The notes below the pieces were generated by a model. That model was given only the letters and a program-made list of their open reading frames with translations, did not search any database and was not told where the DNA came from. Shown one piece after another: positions 26,598-37,499 of a DNA stretch of 64,000 nucleotides. The stretch spans positions 67,332,001-67,396,000 of the forward strand of contig OX597816.1 in NCBI GenBank assembly GCA_951406725.2, read 5' to 3'. Source of the DNA: Octopus vulgaris. Lineage: Eukaryota. Both the position numbers and the translations under genes were made by a program. Each line of letters begins with the position of its first letter. Positions within the stretch are counted from its first letter, which is position 1.

Positions 26598-28183
26598 TAT
26601 TTTGCCGTTTATATATATAGAGATTGTAGTGACACTTGTCTCAATTCACCATGCACTGAATTGCTACAAACAATGGAGACATAGTTGTGTGATAAAGAAA
26701 CTTGCTTCCCAACCACATGGTTCCTTATTTAGTCCCACTGCATTACGACTTTGGCAAATGTCCTTTATTATAGCTCCAGGCTGACCAAAGCTTTGTGAGT
26801 AGATTTGGTAGATAGAAATTGAAAGTGTGTTGTGTATATATACACAGGTGCCTTTTTTGAGGAATCTGTGTTGATGACATATAAAAGGCACCCATGCTGG
26901 TGTTAGGAAGGGCATCCAGCTATAGAAACCAAGCCAAAATAGAGAACTGGTGTCTGGTACAGCTCTCTGGTTTACCACCTTCAATCAAATTGTCTAATCC
27001 ATGCCAGCATGGAAAACGGCTGTTAAATGATAATGGTATGCATGCGTGTGTGTTTGTGTGTGTGAGAGTTGCTATTCTCTTTTGATAATTGCAAGCAAGT
27101 GTTACCATCATACAAATGGTGTCCTTTGTTTCTAATCTTCTGTGTAAACATGTCCAGCCACAAGGAAATATTACCTTAGTTGAAAACAGGTAAGGGTCGG
27201 TGACAGGAAGGGCATCCAGTCATAAAAAAATCTACCTCAACAAATTCCATCTAACCCATGCTGAGCATGGAAAAGTCACTGTTAAGATGATGATGATGGC
27301 AGTAGTTATGAAGAAGAATGTGGCTGAGCTTGACAATATCAGCAACGCTGTTGAAGAACTTAAGAAAAGATTGGGGAAGGCAAGGGGAATTTTGCTAGTT
27401 GACATCAAAAAAGAAATTAAAGAATATATAAAGAATAGTTTTCCTGGAGTTGTGAACTTAATGATTTATGTAATTTTCATATTTCAAAGAAGGATTCCTC
27501 TGTTGGCTATATGAATAGAAATGAAGATATATTGGGAAAAACTTCAACCAGTGCTAAATTATTTCATAACAAAGCAATTACATAAACAAACAACATTCTC
27601 TGGATGCAAAAGGTGGCTTGGTGTTTGTAATTTTATTCCCAAAAAGGTCGACAGTATGTGGATGTATTCCTAGAATATATGTTTATAATAAAGATAACAC
27701 TATATGTCATGTCAGACCAAACTCCAGTTGCTGTCATGTTAACTCACAATAAGGCTAAGTGTCCATATCCAACTGTCAATTACTACAATAGCAGCTAAAA
27801 TAATGCGTGTATCATGAATGGGAGTGCAGAGTATATAAACAATTGAAAAGTATTCTTAATAACCTGTTTCAAGAAAAGAACATTTTATTTTTTAAAACTT
27901 TGGCTACAAGATACCATATTTGGCTAGGTTTGAGAAGAGAGCCACTAAGTCAATGTTAATAGTTATTAATGATGTAGGAGTATTCTTTTATTTGTTTCAG
28001 TCATTTGACGGTGGCCATGCTGGAACACCGCCTTTAGTCGAGCAAATCAACCCCAGGACTTATTCTTTGTAATCCTAGTACTTATTCTGTCAGTCTCTCT
28101 TGCCAAACTGCTAGGTGACGAGGACGTAAACACACCACCATTGGTTGTCAAGCAATGTTGCGGGGACAAACACAGACACACAA

Positions 28184-28246
<63 letters not shown>

Positions 28247-31200
28247 TATATACGACGGGCTTTTTTCAGTTTCCATCTACCAAATCCACTTACAAGGCTT
28301 TGGTTGGCCTGAGGCTATAGTAGAAGACACTTGCCCAAGGTGCCATGCAGTGGGACTGAACCCGGAACCATGTGGTTGGTAAGCATGCTACTTACCACAC
28401 AGCCACTCCTGCCCATAATATCCCTATATGGGATATTATGGGGATATTAACAATATGTCCTTTCGCGAGAAACAAACATGGGATAGTAAAAAGGAGAGAA
28501 AAGAGGAGAGACAGTGACAGTACATGTTGGTAGTGGAAAAGTGGATGAACAGAAAAAACACGATGAGCAGCTTGATGAGATAGCAATGAAGATGCGTCAG
28601 AGTAAGAGAAAGTTAGTGATAGAGATGGGTCATGGTAATGGTGGTTGGCAAAGGAGTAATGTAAGAGAAAGACAAAACAAAAATTCAAATGGAAATTGTA
28701 GTTAAGACACCCATGCTGGTGACACGTAAAAAGCACCGTCCGAACGTGGCAGATGCCAGCACCGCCTGACTGGCGTTCATGTCGGTAACACGTAAAAGCA
28801 CCAACCGATCGTGGTTGTTTGCCAGCCTGCTCTGGCCCCTGTGCTGGTGGCACGTAAAAAACACCCACTACACTCATGGAGTGGTTGGTGTTAGGATGGG
28901 CATCCAGCTGTAGAAACACTGCCAAATCAGACTAGAGCCTGAAAAACGGACGTTAAATGATGGTGATGATGATTACTGGCAGCTACACAGTTGTTGGGAG
29001 GAGTTTGAATAGAAAACAGCATAAATTGAGGAATAGGATAGCTGTGAAGTTGTATCATACTAAGGTAAAGCAAGTTACAGATGTTAACAGAGATAAGAGC
29101 AGATATCAACTAACAGTCATAATGCAGGGGTAGACTTTAGTAATAGATGGAGAGAACTAAGAAAGAGAAAAATAGTATTAATAATTAAAAGGAAACATGT
29201 AGAGGTGGATGAATCTGATCTTTAGTAAGTATGGAAATTTCACTGAGAAGCTCTAATAAAACTGAAACATGCCTGGAGTTGTTACTGTACTGTACTAAAG
29301 ATTAAAGACACTTCCTGCTTAATGTCTCTATTTGACTTTTAATCAATTTAAATTTCAGAGTTCTCCCACTTGTTTGACAAATTGTTATTAATAATACTGT
29401 TGACTTTCTTTCTATTGTGTTTTGATTATTGGCTCACTACATTATGTTTGTTTGCACTTAACAATCTTAACAATGATTTTTATGAAGAAGGTACCATTGG
29501 AAAATTTTTCTGACTGAACCTGACGTAGCCTTCCAGTTTAGCAGTTCTAGTCAAGCCGTATAACCCATGCCAGTGTGGAAAGCAGATGTTAAATGATGAT
29601 ATAGATGAACTGTTTGAGTTAACTTCAGGACTCACACAAAGACACACATACACACAGTGTTAAACGGTTATGTTCCCTAAATGTACATCTTGATAGAGAG
29701 GAAGGAAGTGTATAATTGTTACTATGAAAAGTAACCGTAGCTGTCACTTGCAAGTGAATATAACTAGGTAGCATGTACCATGCCTTCACTGATTGTTATA
29801 GATCTCTGTGTAGTTGTGAGCAAACGCAGACATCCTCTTTGCCCTGTGAAACATCAAGGATGTGACAGCCAGAGAGAGAAAAATGTTGCAGCAGCACTAA
29901 GCTGGTATTCAATTTCTGCTGAGTAGATTGGAGCAATGTGAAAGGAAGTGCCGTGCTCAAGGACATAGTATGTCAACCAGTCCAGAAATCATGACCCTAA
30001 CATGCTAACCACTAAATCATGCATCTTCAATGTAGGATAAGTAATAAAGGAGACCCCAGATTAAGAACTACTGAGAAAGTGGTTCCCTCAATGTTTTACA
30101 TGATAGATGTTTTATAGTTGGCTGTGGTTATGATGCAAAGAGAGAAAACCTATAATAGTGTGGATCAGAATTTTAATATGTTCTATTTCTGTATTAATCT
30201 AGGGTTTAAATTCAATTTTACAATTTTTACTGTTTTTAGATTCTGCGGTGTTTACATAAACTGTGTGGGTGGACTCTTCAAGCAGAAACTAAGAAAAATG
30301 AGGTCCCACGCCAGCTTTTAGCACAACTCCAGGGTTGTCTTGATGCTACGATGAGCAGAGGTTTGATTCTTTTTCATTTGATATGCTTCATTTCTTTCTT
30401 TCAATTATTTTTGCTTACTCTCATGAAAGACAAAGTTGACCTTGATGAGATTTAAACTCAAAGCAGTGAATGTTGGATCCAATACTGTAAAGCAATCTTT
30501 CCGGTACTCTAATTCACTATATGACTATATCCTTATAAGCTGTATAGCAATATAAGCAGTGTAACTGGATGCTATATACCTTTATTGCATCTATGTTATA
30601 TATATCTGTATACCATGTTATATATCTAAATATTTGATATCATAATATAACTATACTGTATACATACATCTATACTTATACCTGCATTGTATATCACTAT
30701 ATATTCATAGTGTATACTATTATATTTTTTGGTAATATTATATGTTTATAGAAGGTGGTAAACCAGCAGAATCCTTAGCATACTGGGAAAAATACTAAGT
30801 GGTATTTCATCCATCTTTATGTCCTGAGTTCAAGCTCTGCTGAGGGAGTTGATAAAATAAGTAACAGTTGGACAGTGGGGTTGATGTCCTTGACATGCCC
30901 CTCCTCTGAAATCGCTGGCCTTTTGCCAAAATTTGAAATAAATATTATTGTCTATATTCTGTATAATATCTGTATTTATACTGTATATCACTATATTTGT
31001 TTCTCTCCAGATGATACATTTCGTCTAATGAAAGGAATTGAACTGCTGAGTCTCCAAGAGAATTGGTCCTGGACGAACAGTCTAATTCGGAACCGTATTG
31101 GTCCTTTGTTAAAAAAATATCTCTCAATCGAAGAACCAAGTGAATCAGTCACCACCGTCTTGTCTTTCATACTTGAAATGTTAGGTGAGTCTGTTATGTT

Positions 31201-34200
31201 TAGTATTTTGTCTGATTTCTAATTGGTATTACAGTTAATCTCCCTTGCTATATCAAATATGTTTTTTGTTTGAGCAAGCTTCATAACTTTGCTACACCAC
31301 TTTACTTGCCTAAGTGAAAACCTTGTTGGTTCCAGAAGTCCAATGGGCCAGTCACTGCTTCACTGATTTTCCGAGAAACATGTGGCATGTGGGATAACTT
31401 TGCTGTTTAGAACAAATGACACATGGGATATTTTTAATCTGAAAGCACCATTTTTTTCATTTATTTGCCAAAGTAGTACATCATTCACTGTTGTTAGCAT
31501 TTTTTCTGTCTCGAGTATAATCAGCCGAAATTGTGAAGATAATCTGGTACTCAACTGAGGAAAGAAAACTTCGAATGACCTGTCCTTGTTTTCTTTGTAT
31601 CGTCTATCTGGATGTTTTGTTGTCCCATTTTTGTATCACCTAACTGTCTGGATGTTTTGTGCTCTTGTCCCATTTTGTATTTTATCATCATCATCATCAT
31701 CATCGTTTAACGTCCGCTTTCCATGCTAGCATGGGTTGGATGATTTTGACTGAGGGCTGGCGAACCAGATGGCTGCACCAGGCTCCAATCTTGATCTGGC
31801 AGAGTTTCTACAGCTGGATGCCCTTCCTAACGCCAACCACTCCAAGAGTGTAGTGGGTGCTTTTTACGTACTACTGGCATGGAGCCCAGTCAGGTGGTAC
31901 TGGCAATGACCTTGCTCGAATCTTTTTACATGTACCACCGGCACAGGTGCCAGTGAAGCGATGTTGGTAACGATCACGCTCGAATGGTGCCCTTTTACAT
32001 GCCACGGGTACAGAAGCCAGTTGGCTGCTCTGGCAACGATCACGCTCGGATGGTGCTCTTGGCACCCTACTAGCACAGGCATAAGTGCCAGTAAGGCGAC
32101 GCTGAACGATCATACCCGAATAGCCGCTCTGTCAACGATCACACTCATATGGTGCTCTTTGCACCCCACTAGCACGGATGCCAGTCATCGAATTGATTTT
32201 GATTTCACTTGCCTCAACAGGTTTTCGCAAGCAAAGGTCTTCGCTTTATATATATATCATAATCATCATCATCATCATCATTTAGCATCTGCTTTCCATG
32301 CCAGCATGGGTTAGACAGTTGGACTGAAACTGGTTAGCTGGAGAGCTGTACCAGGCTCCAGTCTGATTTTGGCCTAGTTTCTACAGCTGGATGCCCTTTC
32401 TAACACCAACTGCTCCAAAAGTGTAGTGGGTATCCTTTACCTATCTCCATCATGGGTACCTTTTACATGTTACCATCATGGGTGTCTTTTTTGCATCACT
32501 GGCACTGACCATGACTTCACTTGGTCTGATGAGTCTTCTCAAACACAGCAAACTGCCAAAGGTCTCAATCATTTGTCAACACCTCCATGATACCCAGCAT
32601 CCGAAGATCATGCTTCACCATCTCATGCCATGTCTTCCTGGGTATACCTCTTCCACAGGTTCCCTCTACATTTAGGGATTGGCACTTCTTTATGCAACTG
32701 TCTTCATTCATATGCATCACATATTCATACCACTGCAGTCTTCTCTCCTGCACACTGACATTGCACATCCAGCAAAGCCTAGTTTCATTTCTTTCAAGCC
32801 TTTGCATATCCTTTGCAGTCACACTCCATGTTTCACTGCCATGTAGCATGACTGTTCGCACTCAAGCATCATACAATCTACCTTCCACTCTGAGAAAGAG
32901 GCCCTTTTTGACCAACAAATGTAGACGCTCTCTGAACTTTCCCCAGCCTATTCTTATTCTAGCAGCCACACTCTTGGGACATCTACCCCCAATGCTGACT
33001 TGGTCACCTAAATAACAGAAGCTATTAACTGCTTCTAAGTATCTCCCCTGGCATTTGATGGAGTCTATTTTCTGTACATTTATTGTACCTGTCCACACAA
33101 AGACTATTTTCCCTGTTAACCTTCCTCTGATATTGCTACACCTCTTATGTTTCCATAACTTGCACTGGGTACATTTTATAGAGTTTCTACCTAGACTTTT
33201 CTATGTATTGAAGCAGGGCCATCTCCCTGAAAAGATTTGTGATTTGTCTGTTTTCCTACTTACTAAGACTTTGGTCTTAGTAATTATAAAATTAATTCTA
33301 AGACCTTTTGATTCTAGACATTGCTTCCACACCTGAAATTTCTTCTCTTGTTCTGGTAGTGATTCAGCTATAAGGACAAGATCATCAGCATAGTGGAGTT
33401 CCCTGGAGCAGCTTGACATAAATTTCTCTGTTATTGTCTGGAAGGCATGCTTGGGAAAAAAGACAAACTTGCTATCTTCAATTTGTTTTTTTTGTGTCTA
33501 TCATCACTTATGGACATGAATGCTGGGTAATGACTGAAAGAGAACAATCACAAATACAAGTGACTGAAATGCTGTTCCTCTGAAGGATCTCTGGAGTAAT
33601 GTTACTCTATAGGGTGCATAGCTCGGAGATCAGGGAGTCTCCAGGTTGAGACCCTATTTCTCCGTATTGGGAGATCGCAGCTCCAGAATTACAGACATGT
33701 GGTTAGAATGTCACAGGAAAGGGTCACAAGAAAGATTCTTCAAACTGAAAGATTGAGTGCTTCTGATTGGACTCTATGGAAGAAATGCCTGAGGACTCTA
33801 TCTACATGGTACTCCTGGGTATAGTGGGTGGCAAAAATGGATGGATGGATAGATACATGTATGCATGCTTGTGCACGTGACAGTTACACACAGTTTCTGT
33901 TTAAACCAAATTTTGCTCCTAAGACATTGGTTAAGCCAAGGCTGTTGTAGGAAACACTTTATGGTGGGATTTAACCAAGTGCCATATGACTGAATCAACA
34001 TTCTTAACCACACAGCCATGCACCTACCTTTGCTCATTAAGATCCATCTCATTCATGCAAACCTAGAAAATTGGGAATTATGAAAAACAGCTACACAAAA
34101 TACATTTTGAGTAATGGTTCCTCTTGTATTTCACTTTCTACATTGACACTTAATATTTTGCTTAGTTCATCTTCCTCAGACCTGCATCCTTCGGGATTTA

Positions 34201-35276
34201 TCTTCTCCATATTTTCTCATAATCACTAATCCTTTAACATTTCAAACTGAACATGAACCACATTGATCCAACTCATCATCATCATTGCAAACATCTTTAA
34301 ACTATTTGTTTTTCTTCAGACTAAAGACTACACAATAAAATGTCTAACGTTAATTATCTTATTTCCTAATAGGTAATTTGTATTTACATGGTCAAACAAG
34401 GGACAAAACTGCATGCTATGCTGTGAATTACCTCCTGAAACCACTCTTAGCCTCTAAAAAAGGTAAGTTATTTACTATTTGATTGAAATTAAAATATAAT
34501 TTAATTAAACATTTATTTTTTTCTCTTTGTTAATAGAATAACTGAGAAGTATTAATGTCCTCCTCCTCCTTGTTGTTGTTGCTATGCTGTTCAATGCTAA
34601 CATGAATCAGACAGATTTCATGAGGCGGTGCTTTATGGTTGGATGTCCTTTCCACAAACTATTTTAATGATCTTTTATGAGATTTGTCATCTATATTAAC
34701 AGTGCAATGACAATAGCAGAAACGGGGTTTAGTAGTGTAACCCTTTGATAGTATTTTTTGTCATTCTTTCTTTGTTTACGAAATGTTGAAATTTGTTCAA
34801 CATATTGTACAATTTCAATAATCTTTCTATGATACATTTGTTGTGCTTTGTATATATAAAAAAAAATATTTACTCTTGTTTACTAACCTATGCAAATAAT
34901 CAAATTTGTTGCATAACACAACCAATTTCTAAACTGAATATCGGTTAATTTTCCAAGCAAGAAATAATACAATAAAATTGGGGTAAAATGTAAAATCAAA
35001 GCAGTTATAAAATATTGCTCTGTACCACAAAACTAATTTAACAATATACTGTGTGATGTAGTTATTTATTTGAATTATTGTATTTTTTCTATTTCAGTTC
35101 CTCAACAGATCAGCTTATGTTGTGCTAATGTATTACTAAAATTGTTTCCATTTGATCCTGGCACAGTATATCCAACTTTGGAAATCTGGCTCAGTGAAAA
35201 TCCAACAGAAATTACATCAAGTTTGGCTGAAACATGGGCCACTATAAAACACAAAATAAACAACTTCAGAACATGA
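732..35276 (+). CDS. ICE1: Little elongation complex subunit 1 (ICE1)-like gene, 5'-partial, 15 coding exons in window
   Basis: join(732..771,994..1109,4688..8256,11903..12257,13979..14030,15080..15207,17620..17757,20069..20160,22066..22097,24949..25074,25943..26019,30240..30360,31011..31184,34373..34462,35098..35276) = 5289 nt, open to TGA. All introns are GT-AG with consistent phases. C-terminal motifs SLCRVYIALCRLQGHLSTARIFFY, LCGW, GIELLSLQENWSWT and VPQQISL...LEIW resemble the vertebrate ICE1 C-terminal domain as recalled (LCRVYVGICRQLG...IDLL...W.WT). The long low-complexity middle also fits ICE1. Confidence 0.8.
994..1109 (+). CDS. ICE1: ICE1-like exon (AVTSPPP...IISEMTLPIMLSPIPSEHNEE)
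   Basis: Acceptor tttaaag, donor GAG|gtaagt; Pro-rich EMxLPxxLSP motif. Confidence 0.75.
1216..1440 (+). mobile_element. tRNA-derived SINE with Deu/Nin-like central domain (representative copy)
   Basis: GGCGAGCTGGC...GAGTTCAAATTC...CCTTTCGGGGTC.ATAAATTAAGTACC; copies at about 10020-10417(-, tandem), 41790-41950, 46042-46275(-). Confidence 0.75.
1909..2463 (-). mobile_element. Non-autonomous Helitron, long variant (copy A)
   Basis: Element strand starts TCTCTAT.T.TATAAACGGCAAAATG and ends in a degenerate terminal hairpin; A|T target; internal segment differs from copies B-D. Confidence 0.75.
3742..3936. mobile_element. piggyBac-like MITE
   Basis: TTGA-CCCTTCAGCATT...AATGCTAAAGGG-TTAA; a second degenerate copy in the opposite orientation at ~22176-22391. 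Confidence 0.6.
3944..4508 (-). mobile_element. Internally deleted mariner transposon
   Basis: 30-bp TIRs (28/30 match), TA on both sides; minus strand encodes PPYSPDIAPSDFYLFRSLQNSL (mariner YSPDLAP motif). Confidence 0.9.
4688..8256 (+). CDS. ICE1: ICE1-like giant exon (3569 nt), Ser/Asn/Glu-rich low-complexity region
   Basis: Contains ORF 4763..8260; acceptor attttag at 4687 in frame; donor AG|gtaaga at 8257. Confidence 0.9.
5144..5788 (+). repeat. Old tandem duplication of ~109 codons within giant exon
   Basis: DSVT.H..AYN.T...RKCS...QNDND...CGYNSD...NHI occurs twice, starting at 5144 and 5471 (period 327 nt). Confidence 0.85.
6089..6634 (+). repeat. Coding minisatellite, 26 x 21 nt (heptad KFNN[S/P]ET)
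   Basis: Units like aaatttaacaatccagaaact, counted from the translation. Confidence 0.95.
7130..7351 (+). repeat. Recent 2 x 111-nt in-frame duplication (DIPLKSVNNSDRIE...KELQSE)
   Basis: Two near-identical 37-aa units starting at 7130 and 7241. Confidence 0.95.
9269..9703. mobile_element. Tc1/mariner-type MITE carrying a nested RTE-tail insertion
   Basis: TIR GGGTGGGCCAAAAGTCA / TGACTTTTGGCCCACCC, TA flanks. Confidence 0.7.
10565..11080 (+). mobile_element. Penelope-like retroelement 3' remnant (GIY-YIG endonuclease)
   Basis: PCSCGRLYKGETCRPLKVRVEEH.../KSGIANHVWENGDHLPLWDEVKIIDREHHWKIRKLKEA...W; one frameshift. Confidence 0.8.
11314..11760 (-). mobile_element. RTE LINE 3' end with (GAT)n tail
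   Basis: ORF end VEGTCGRGRPRK...DLRTLDLTEAMTSDRD, then GGAAGGGCATCC-type 3'UTR and GAT repeats. Confidence 0.85.
11903..12257 (+). CDS. ICE1: ICE1-like exon (Lys-rich, includes KKHKRLK putative NLS)
   Basis: Acceptor tcttttag, donor CAG|gtatgt; phase 2 to 0; within the frame of ORF 11952..12419. Confidence 0.85.
12316..12577 (+). mobile_element. Second copy of the Penelope-like 3' segment
   Basis: Near-identical to ~10808-11080 and ends at the same point (tttgcaatt). Confidence 0.85.
13979..14030 (+). CDS. ICE1: ICE1-like exon (CKENRVIAEKTRSASHK)
   Basis: Acceptor tgttgcag, donor G|gtaaat; bridges phase 0 to phase 1. Confidence 0.7.
14340..14812 (+). mobile_element. RTE 3'UTR-derived repeat (representative copy)
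   Basis: Same tail family also at about 8996-9190, 9481-9652, 17935-18167, 19405-19730, 20628-21095(-), 28700-28970, 31685-32230(-), 37497-37630(-), 46610-46926, 48641-48860(-), 51353-51531 (8-bp TSD tgtcacat), 52864-53075(-). Confidence 0.85.
15080..15207 (+). CDS. ICE1: ICE1-like exon (VERELVNYWKSL...LQIVK)
   Basis: Acceptor tttctgtag, donor AAG|gtaagt. Confidence 0.85.
16057..16441 (+). mobile_element. tRNA-derived SINE with internal (TA)n(TG)n (representative copy)
   Basis: A box GTGGCTGTGTGG, B box GGTTCAGTCCC; other copies at about 23290-23550, 25223-25652, 27981-28414(-), 36173-36557, 42638-43001, 195-370(-), plus many degraded ones. Confidence 0.85.
17620..17757 (+). CDS. ICE1: ICE1-like exon (LLEASQY...PYLSEKETRLFQLISVL...)
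   Basis: Acceptor tactttcag, donor GTA|gtaagt; 46 codons. Confidence 0.85.
18325..19199 (+). mobile_element. Degenerate mariner with long (~200 bp) TIRs
   Basis: TA flanks; EQRYCIKF..KLG (N-terminal HTH region) and MKTIITGDETWVYG (first catalytic D); right end is a diverged inverted copy of the left. Confidence 0.85.
20069..20160 (+). CDS. ICE1: ICE1-like exon (NDFIPKLCDSIQKAVY...WSL)
   Basis: Acceptor ttttctag, donor TG|gtaagt. Confidence 0.85.
22066..22097 (+). CDS. ICE1: ICE1-like 32-nt exon (CRVYIALCRLQG)
   Basis: Acceptor catttcag, donor G|gtgaga; encodes the most recognisable ICE1 motif. Confidence 0.85.
22676..22757. repeat. (GT)n microsatellite
   Basis: About 40 uninterrupted GT units. 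Confidence 0.95.
23547..24100 (-). mobile_element. RTE LINE reverse transcriptase fragment adjoining a truncated SINE
   Basis: LFIIVLQAITEEFKTGCPWE.LYADDLALIAE...GLRVNVAKTKVL, a Cys-rich finger, then LEVVDSFRY.GD. Confidence 0.88.
24949..25074 (+). CDS. ICE1: ICE1-like exon (GHLSTARIFFYNTL...TWPLVL)
   Basis: Long pyrimidine tract + ttgtag acceptor, donor G|gtaacc. Confidence 0.85.
25134..25220 (+). mobile_element. Short tRNA-like SINE with (AAT)n tail
   Basis: TGGCGTAGTGGTTAAGAGCG...GAGTTCAATTCC; acceptor stem does not close, so not a functional tRNA. Confidence 0.6.
25943..26019 (+). CDS. ICE1: ICE1-like exon (GGQVTLPQVIEHVV...DKK)
   Basis: Acceptor tttcacag, donor AAG|gtgagt. Confidence 0.85.
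26242..26623 (-). mobile_element. Non-autonomous Helitron (copy B)
   Basis: 5' TC, 3' CTAG, A|T insertion with no TSD; terminal palindrome at 26242-26280. Confidence 0.85.
30240..30360 (+). CDS. ICE1: ICE1-like exon (ILRCLHKLCGW...)
   Basis: Acceptor tgtttttag, donor G|gtttga; phase 0 to 1. Confidence 0.8.
31011..31184 (+). CDS. ICE1: ICE1-like exon (DDTFRLMKGIELLSLQENWSWT...ILEMLG)
   Basis: Acceptor ttctctccag, donor G|gtgagt. Confidence 0.9.
32263..33445 (-). mobile_element. 5'-truncated RTE LINE (RT C-half to tail)
   Basis: YADDLVLIAES, FCYLGDQ, RTVMLHGSETW, GRGIPRKTW and (GAT)n tail. Confidence 0.9.
34373..34462 (+). CDS. ICE1: ICE1-like exon (GNLYLHGQ...LLASKK)
   Basis: Acceptor cctaatag, donor G|gtaagt. 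Confidence 0.85.
35098..35276 (+). CDS. ICE1: ICE1-like terminal coding exon (VPQQISLCCANVLL...NNFRT*)
   Basis: Acceptor atttcag, TGA at 35274-35276. Confidence 0.85.
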
Positions 35277-35380
35277 CCTCCAGAGAAAACAGCAGGCTAA
35301 GATGTTATTAAAGATATCTGCATAATTATTTGTATTTAACGAATTTGTACATTAATAATTTAATAATTTGTATATTATTT

Positions 35381-35386
35381 AATAAA
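35381..35386 (+). terminator. Candidate ICE1 polyadenylation signal
   Basis: AATAAA ~105 nt downstream of the stop codon. Confidence 0.5.
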
Positions 35387-36819
35387 ACAGACTGATTTCA
35401 ATTTTTCATTGAAACATAAAGATGTCTTGATTATATTTGTATATTTTAGTATGATCAGAATCTTGTCAAATTTCCAAAGAAAAGAAAAAGAAAACAAAGA
35501 AAATATTAAAAAAAAACCGATTAAAATAAAATTTTTCTATTGAAACTCTACTGAAGTGTATTGAGTAATTTTTCTTTTTAACTTTTTTTTACTCCCAAGT
35601 CCCTCTTTCTAACGAGGTGCTAAAGTTAGTTTATATACAAAGTGAAAAAAATAGTAGATTGTCCTCTAATTTGAAGGAACAACAAGAACAGACAGGCAGA
35701 TGGACCAATTTGATTGAGAGAATTCACATGAATTTGTATTCTGGCATTAAAGTATAGATGTTTGGTTGTATTTTGAGGCTCGATGTTACTGTACAGAAAA
35801 TAAGACTAATGGATTAAAATATATAGTCTTCAGTGATACATCAATATTTATAGATAGGTAAATATCACTTTATAGATATCATATGATAATAGCTTATACA
35901 ATAACAGAGAATACAGCAAAAAAATGAGGCATGATCAAAACGGAAAATTAAGAAAAAGTTTATTGCTTTACTTACTGTATAATCAGATTTATCTCCCCTG
36001 AAATAGCTCCTTCCTTTGCTGAAAACTCCTGCCAACAACGGCATTTTTAAGTTTTGGTGTCTGTTAAGTGTAGTGTTCAGGTTTTATAGAGAGTTTTCGT
36101 CCATCTCTTCTATCATCTGAAATTAGTGATTATTACAAAGTTGCCTAGCAATACCTTTAATACTTTTTATATACAGGAGTGGCTGTGTGGTAAGTAGGTT
36201 GCTTACCAACCACATGGTTCCGGGTTCAGTCCCATTGCATGGCACCTTGGGCAAGTGTCTTCTACTATAGCCTCGGGCCGACCAAAGCTTTGTGAGTGGA
36301 TTTGGTAGACGGAAACTGAAAGAAGCCGGTCGTATGTATGTATATATATATGTTTGTGTGTCTGTGTTTGTCCCCCCAACATCGCTTGATAACCGATGCT
36401 GGTGTGTTTATGTCCCCGTAACTTAGCAGTTCGGCAAAAGAGACTGATAGAATAAGTACTAGGCTTACAAAGAATAAGTCCTGGGGTCGATTTGCGTGAT
36501 TCAAAGGCGTTGCTCCAGCATGGCCGTGGTCAAATGATTGAAACAAGTAAAAGAATACTGCTTTACATAGAACTACACATATTTCAACTGCACTGATTAG
36601 TAACCATTGCAATTGCAACCCTACCATAATACCTGTTCAGGGTCTTTACTTAACATCCTTCGATTTAACTGTTTAAAGTTTTTTGTTTACATCATACAAT
36701 GCAGTGTAGATAGTGTTGTCCATTTAGGTAGACGTGAACAAACTCCAATTCAAGTTTTGATTGGATAATCACTTATAATCCATTATTTCAAAACATTCTG
36801 TTGTCTAATTATTTATTAT

Positions 36820-37440
36820 TCATTTATACTGGGCAAATGTGAATTTTCTCATGTGCAAGTGTCGCAAAGCTTGTTTTTGTCTAGAATTTATTACATTATC
36901 CTTGGATGTAAAAATATGGTAAAATTCTTCTAAACCTAGGTCACATTTTTAAGTTCCAGGTCTCTATGGTTTTGCAGTACAAATTAATTCCCAATTGATA
37001 GTATAGTCTTTGTTACTGTCTTTAATAGACCAGATTAATTTACTGAGACTTGTTTGGAATCTTTTATTTTTATCTCTAAATGAACTTAAATGATTTGCCA
37101 GTCTGCTTTTGAAAATTAATGATGTCCCACCAATGCAAAAGTATTCATTACCTTCAGATGTAACATTACACCTACATCTTACATTTTCAGTCTTACAGTT
37201 ATTTTCCCCCATAACAGGATTCCCATTTAGAACAATGCAAAAATAGTTAATATTTCTCTCAGATTTAGTTTTAATTTGATCATTCATAGTAGAATCAAAT
37301 TCATTTCTACCTAATTCTTTATTACTATTTACTCCTTTAGATAACGCTATCTTTGTTCTATTTCCAGCTGAACTTTTATTCACTTCAAATGTTATTAACT
37401 ATGTTAAATTGGGTTGTTTCCCTTTCAGCGACTTTTAAAT
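36820..37440 (-). mobile_element. Penelope-like (Naiad-type) GIY-YIG remnant
   Basis: NCKTENV...YFCIGGTSLIFKSRLANHLSSFR...TSLSKLIWSIKD..YTINWELI..AKP*...KCDL.LEE; internal stops. Confidence 0.75.
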
Positions 37441-37453
37441 TCTTAGCATTCTT

Positions 37454-37499
<46 letters not shown>

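Noticed and set aside
27300-27675. Open stretches in an ICE1 intron that might be an extra exon
   Set aside because: No convincing splice pair, and exons 26019 and 30240 already join in phase with continuous ICE1 similarity.
33540-33800. GC-richer segment beside the RTE fragment
   Set aside because: No ORF, termini or motif I could assign; probably an unrecognised repeat fragment.
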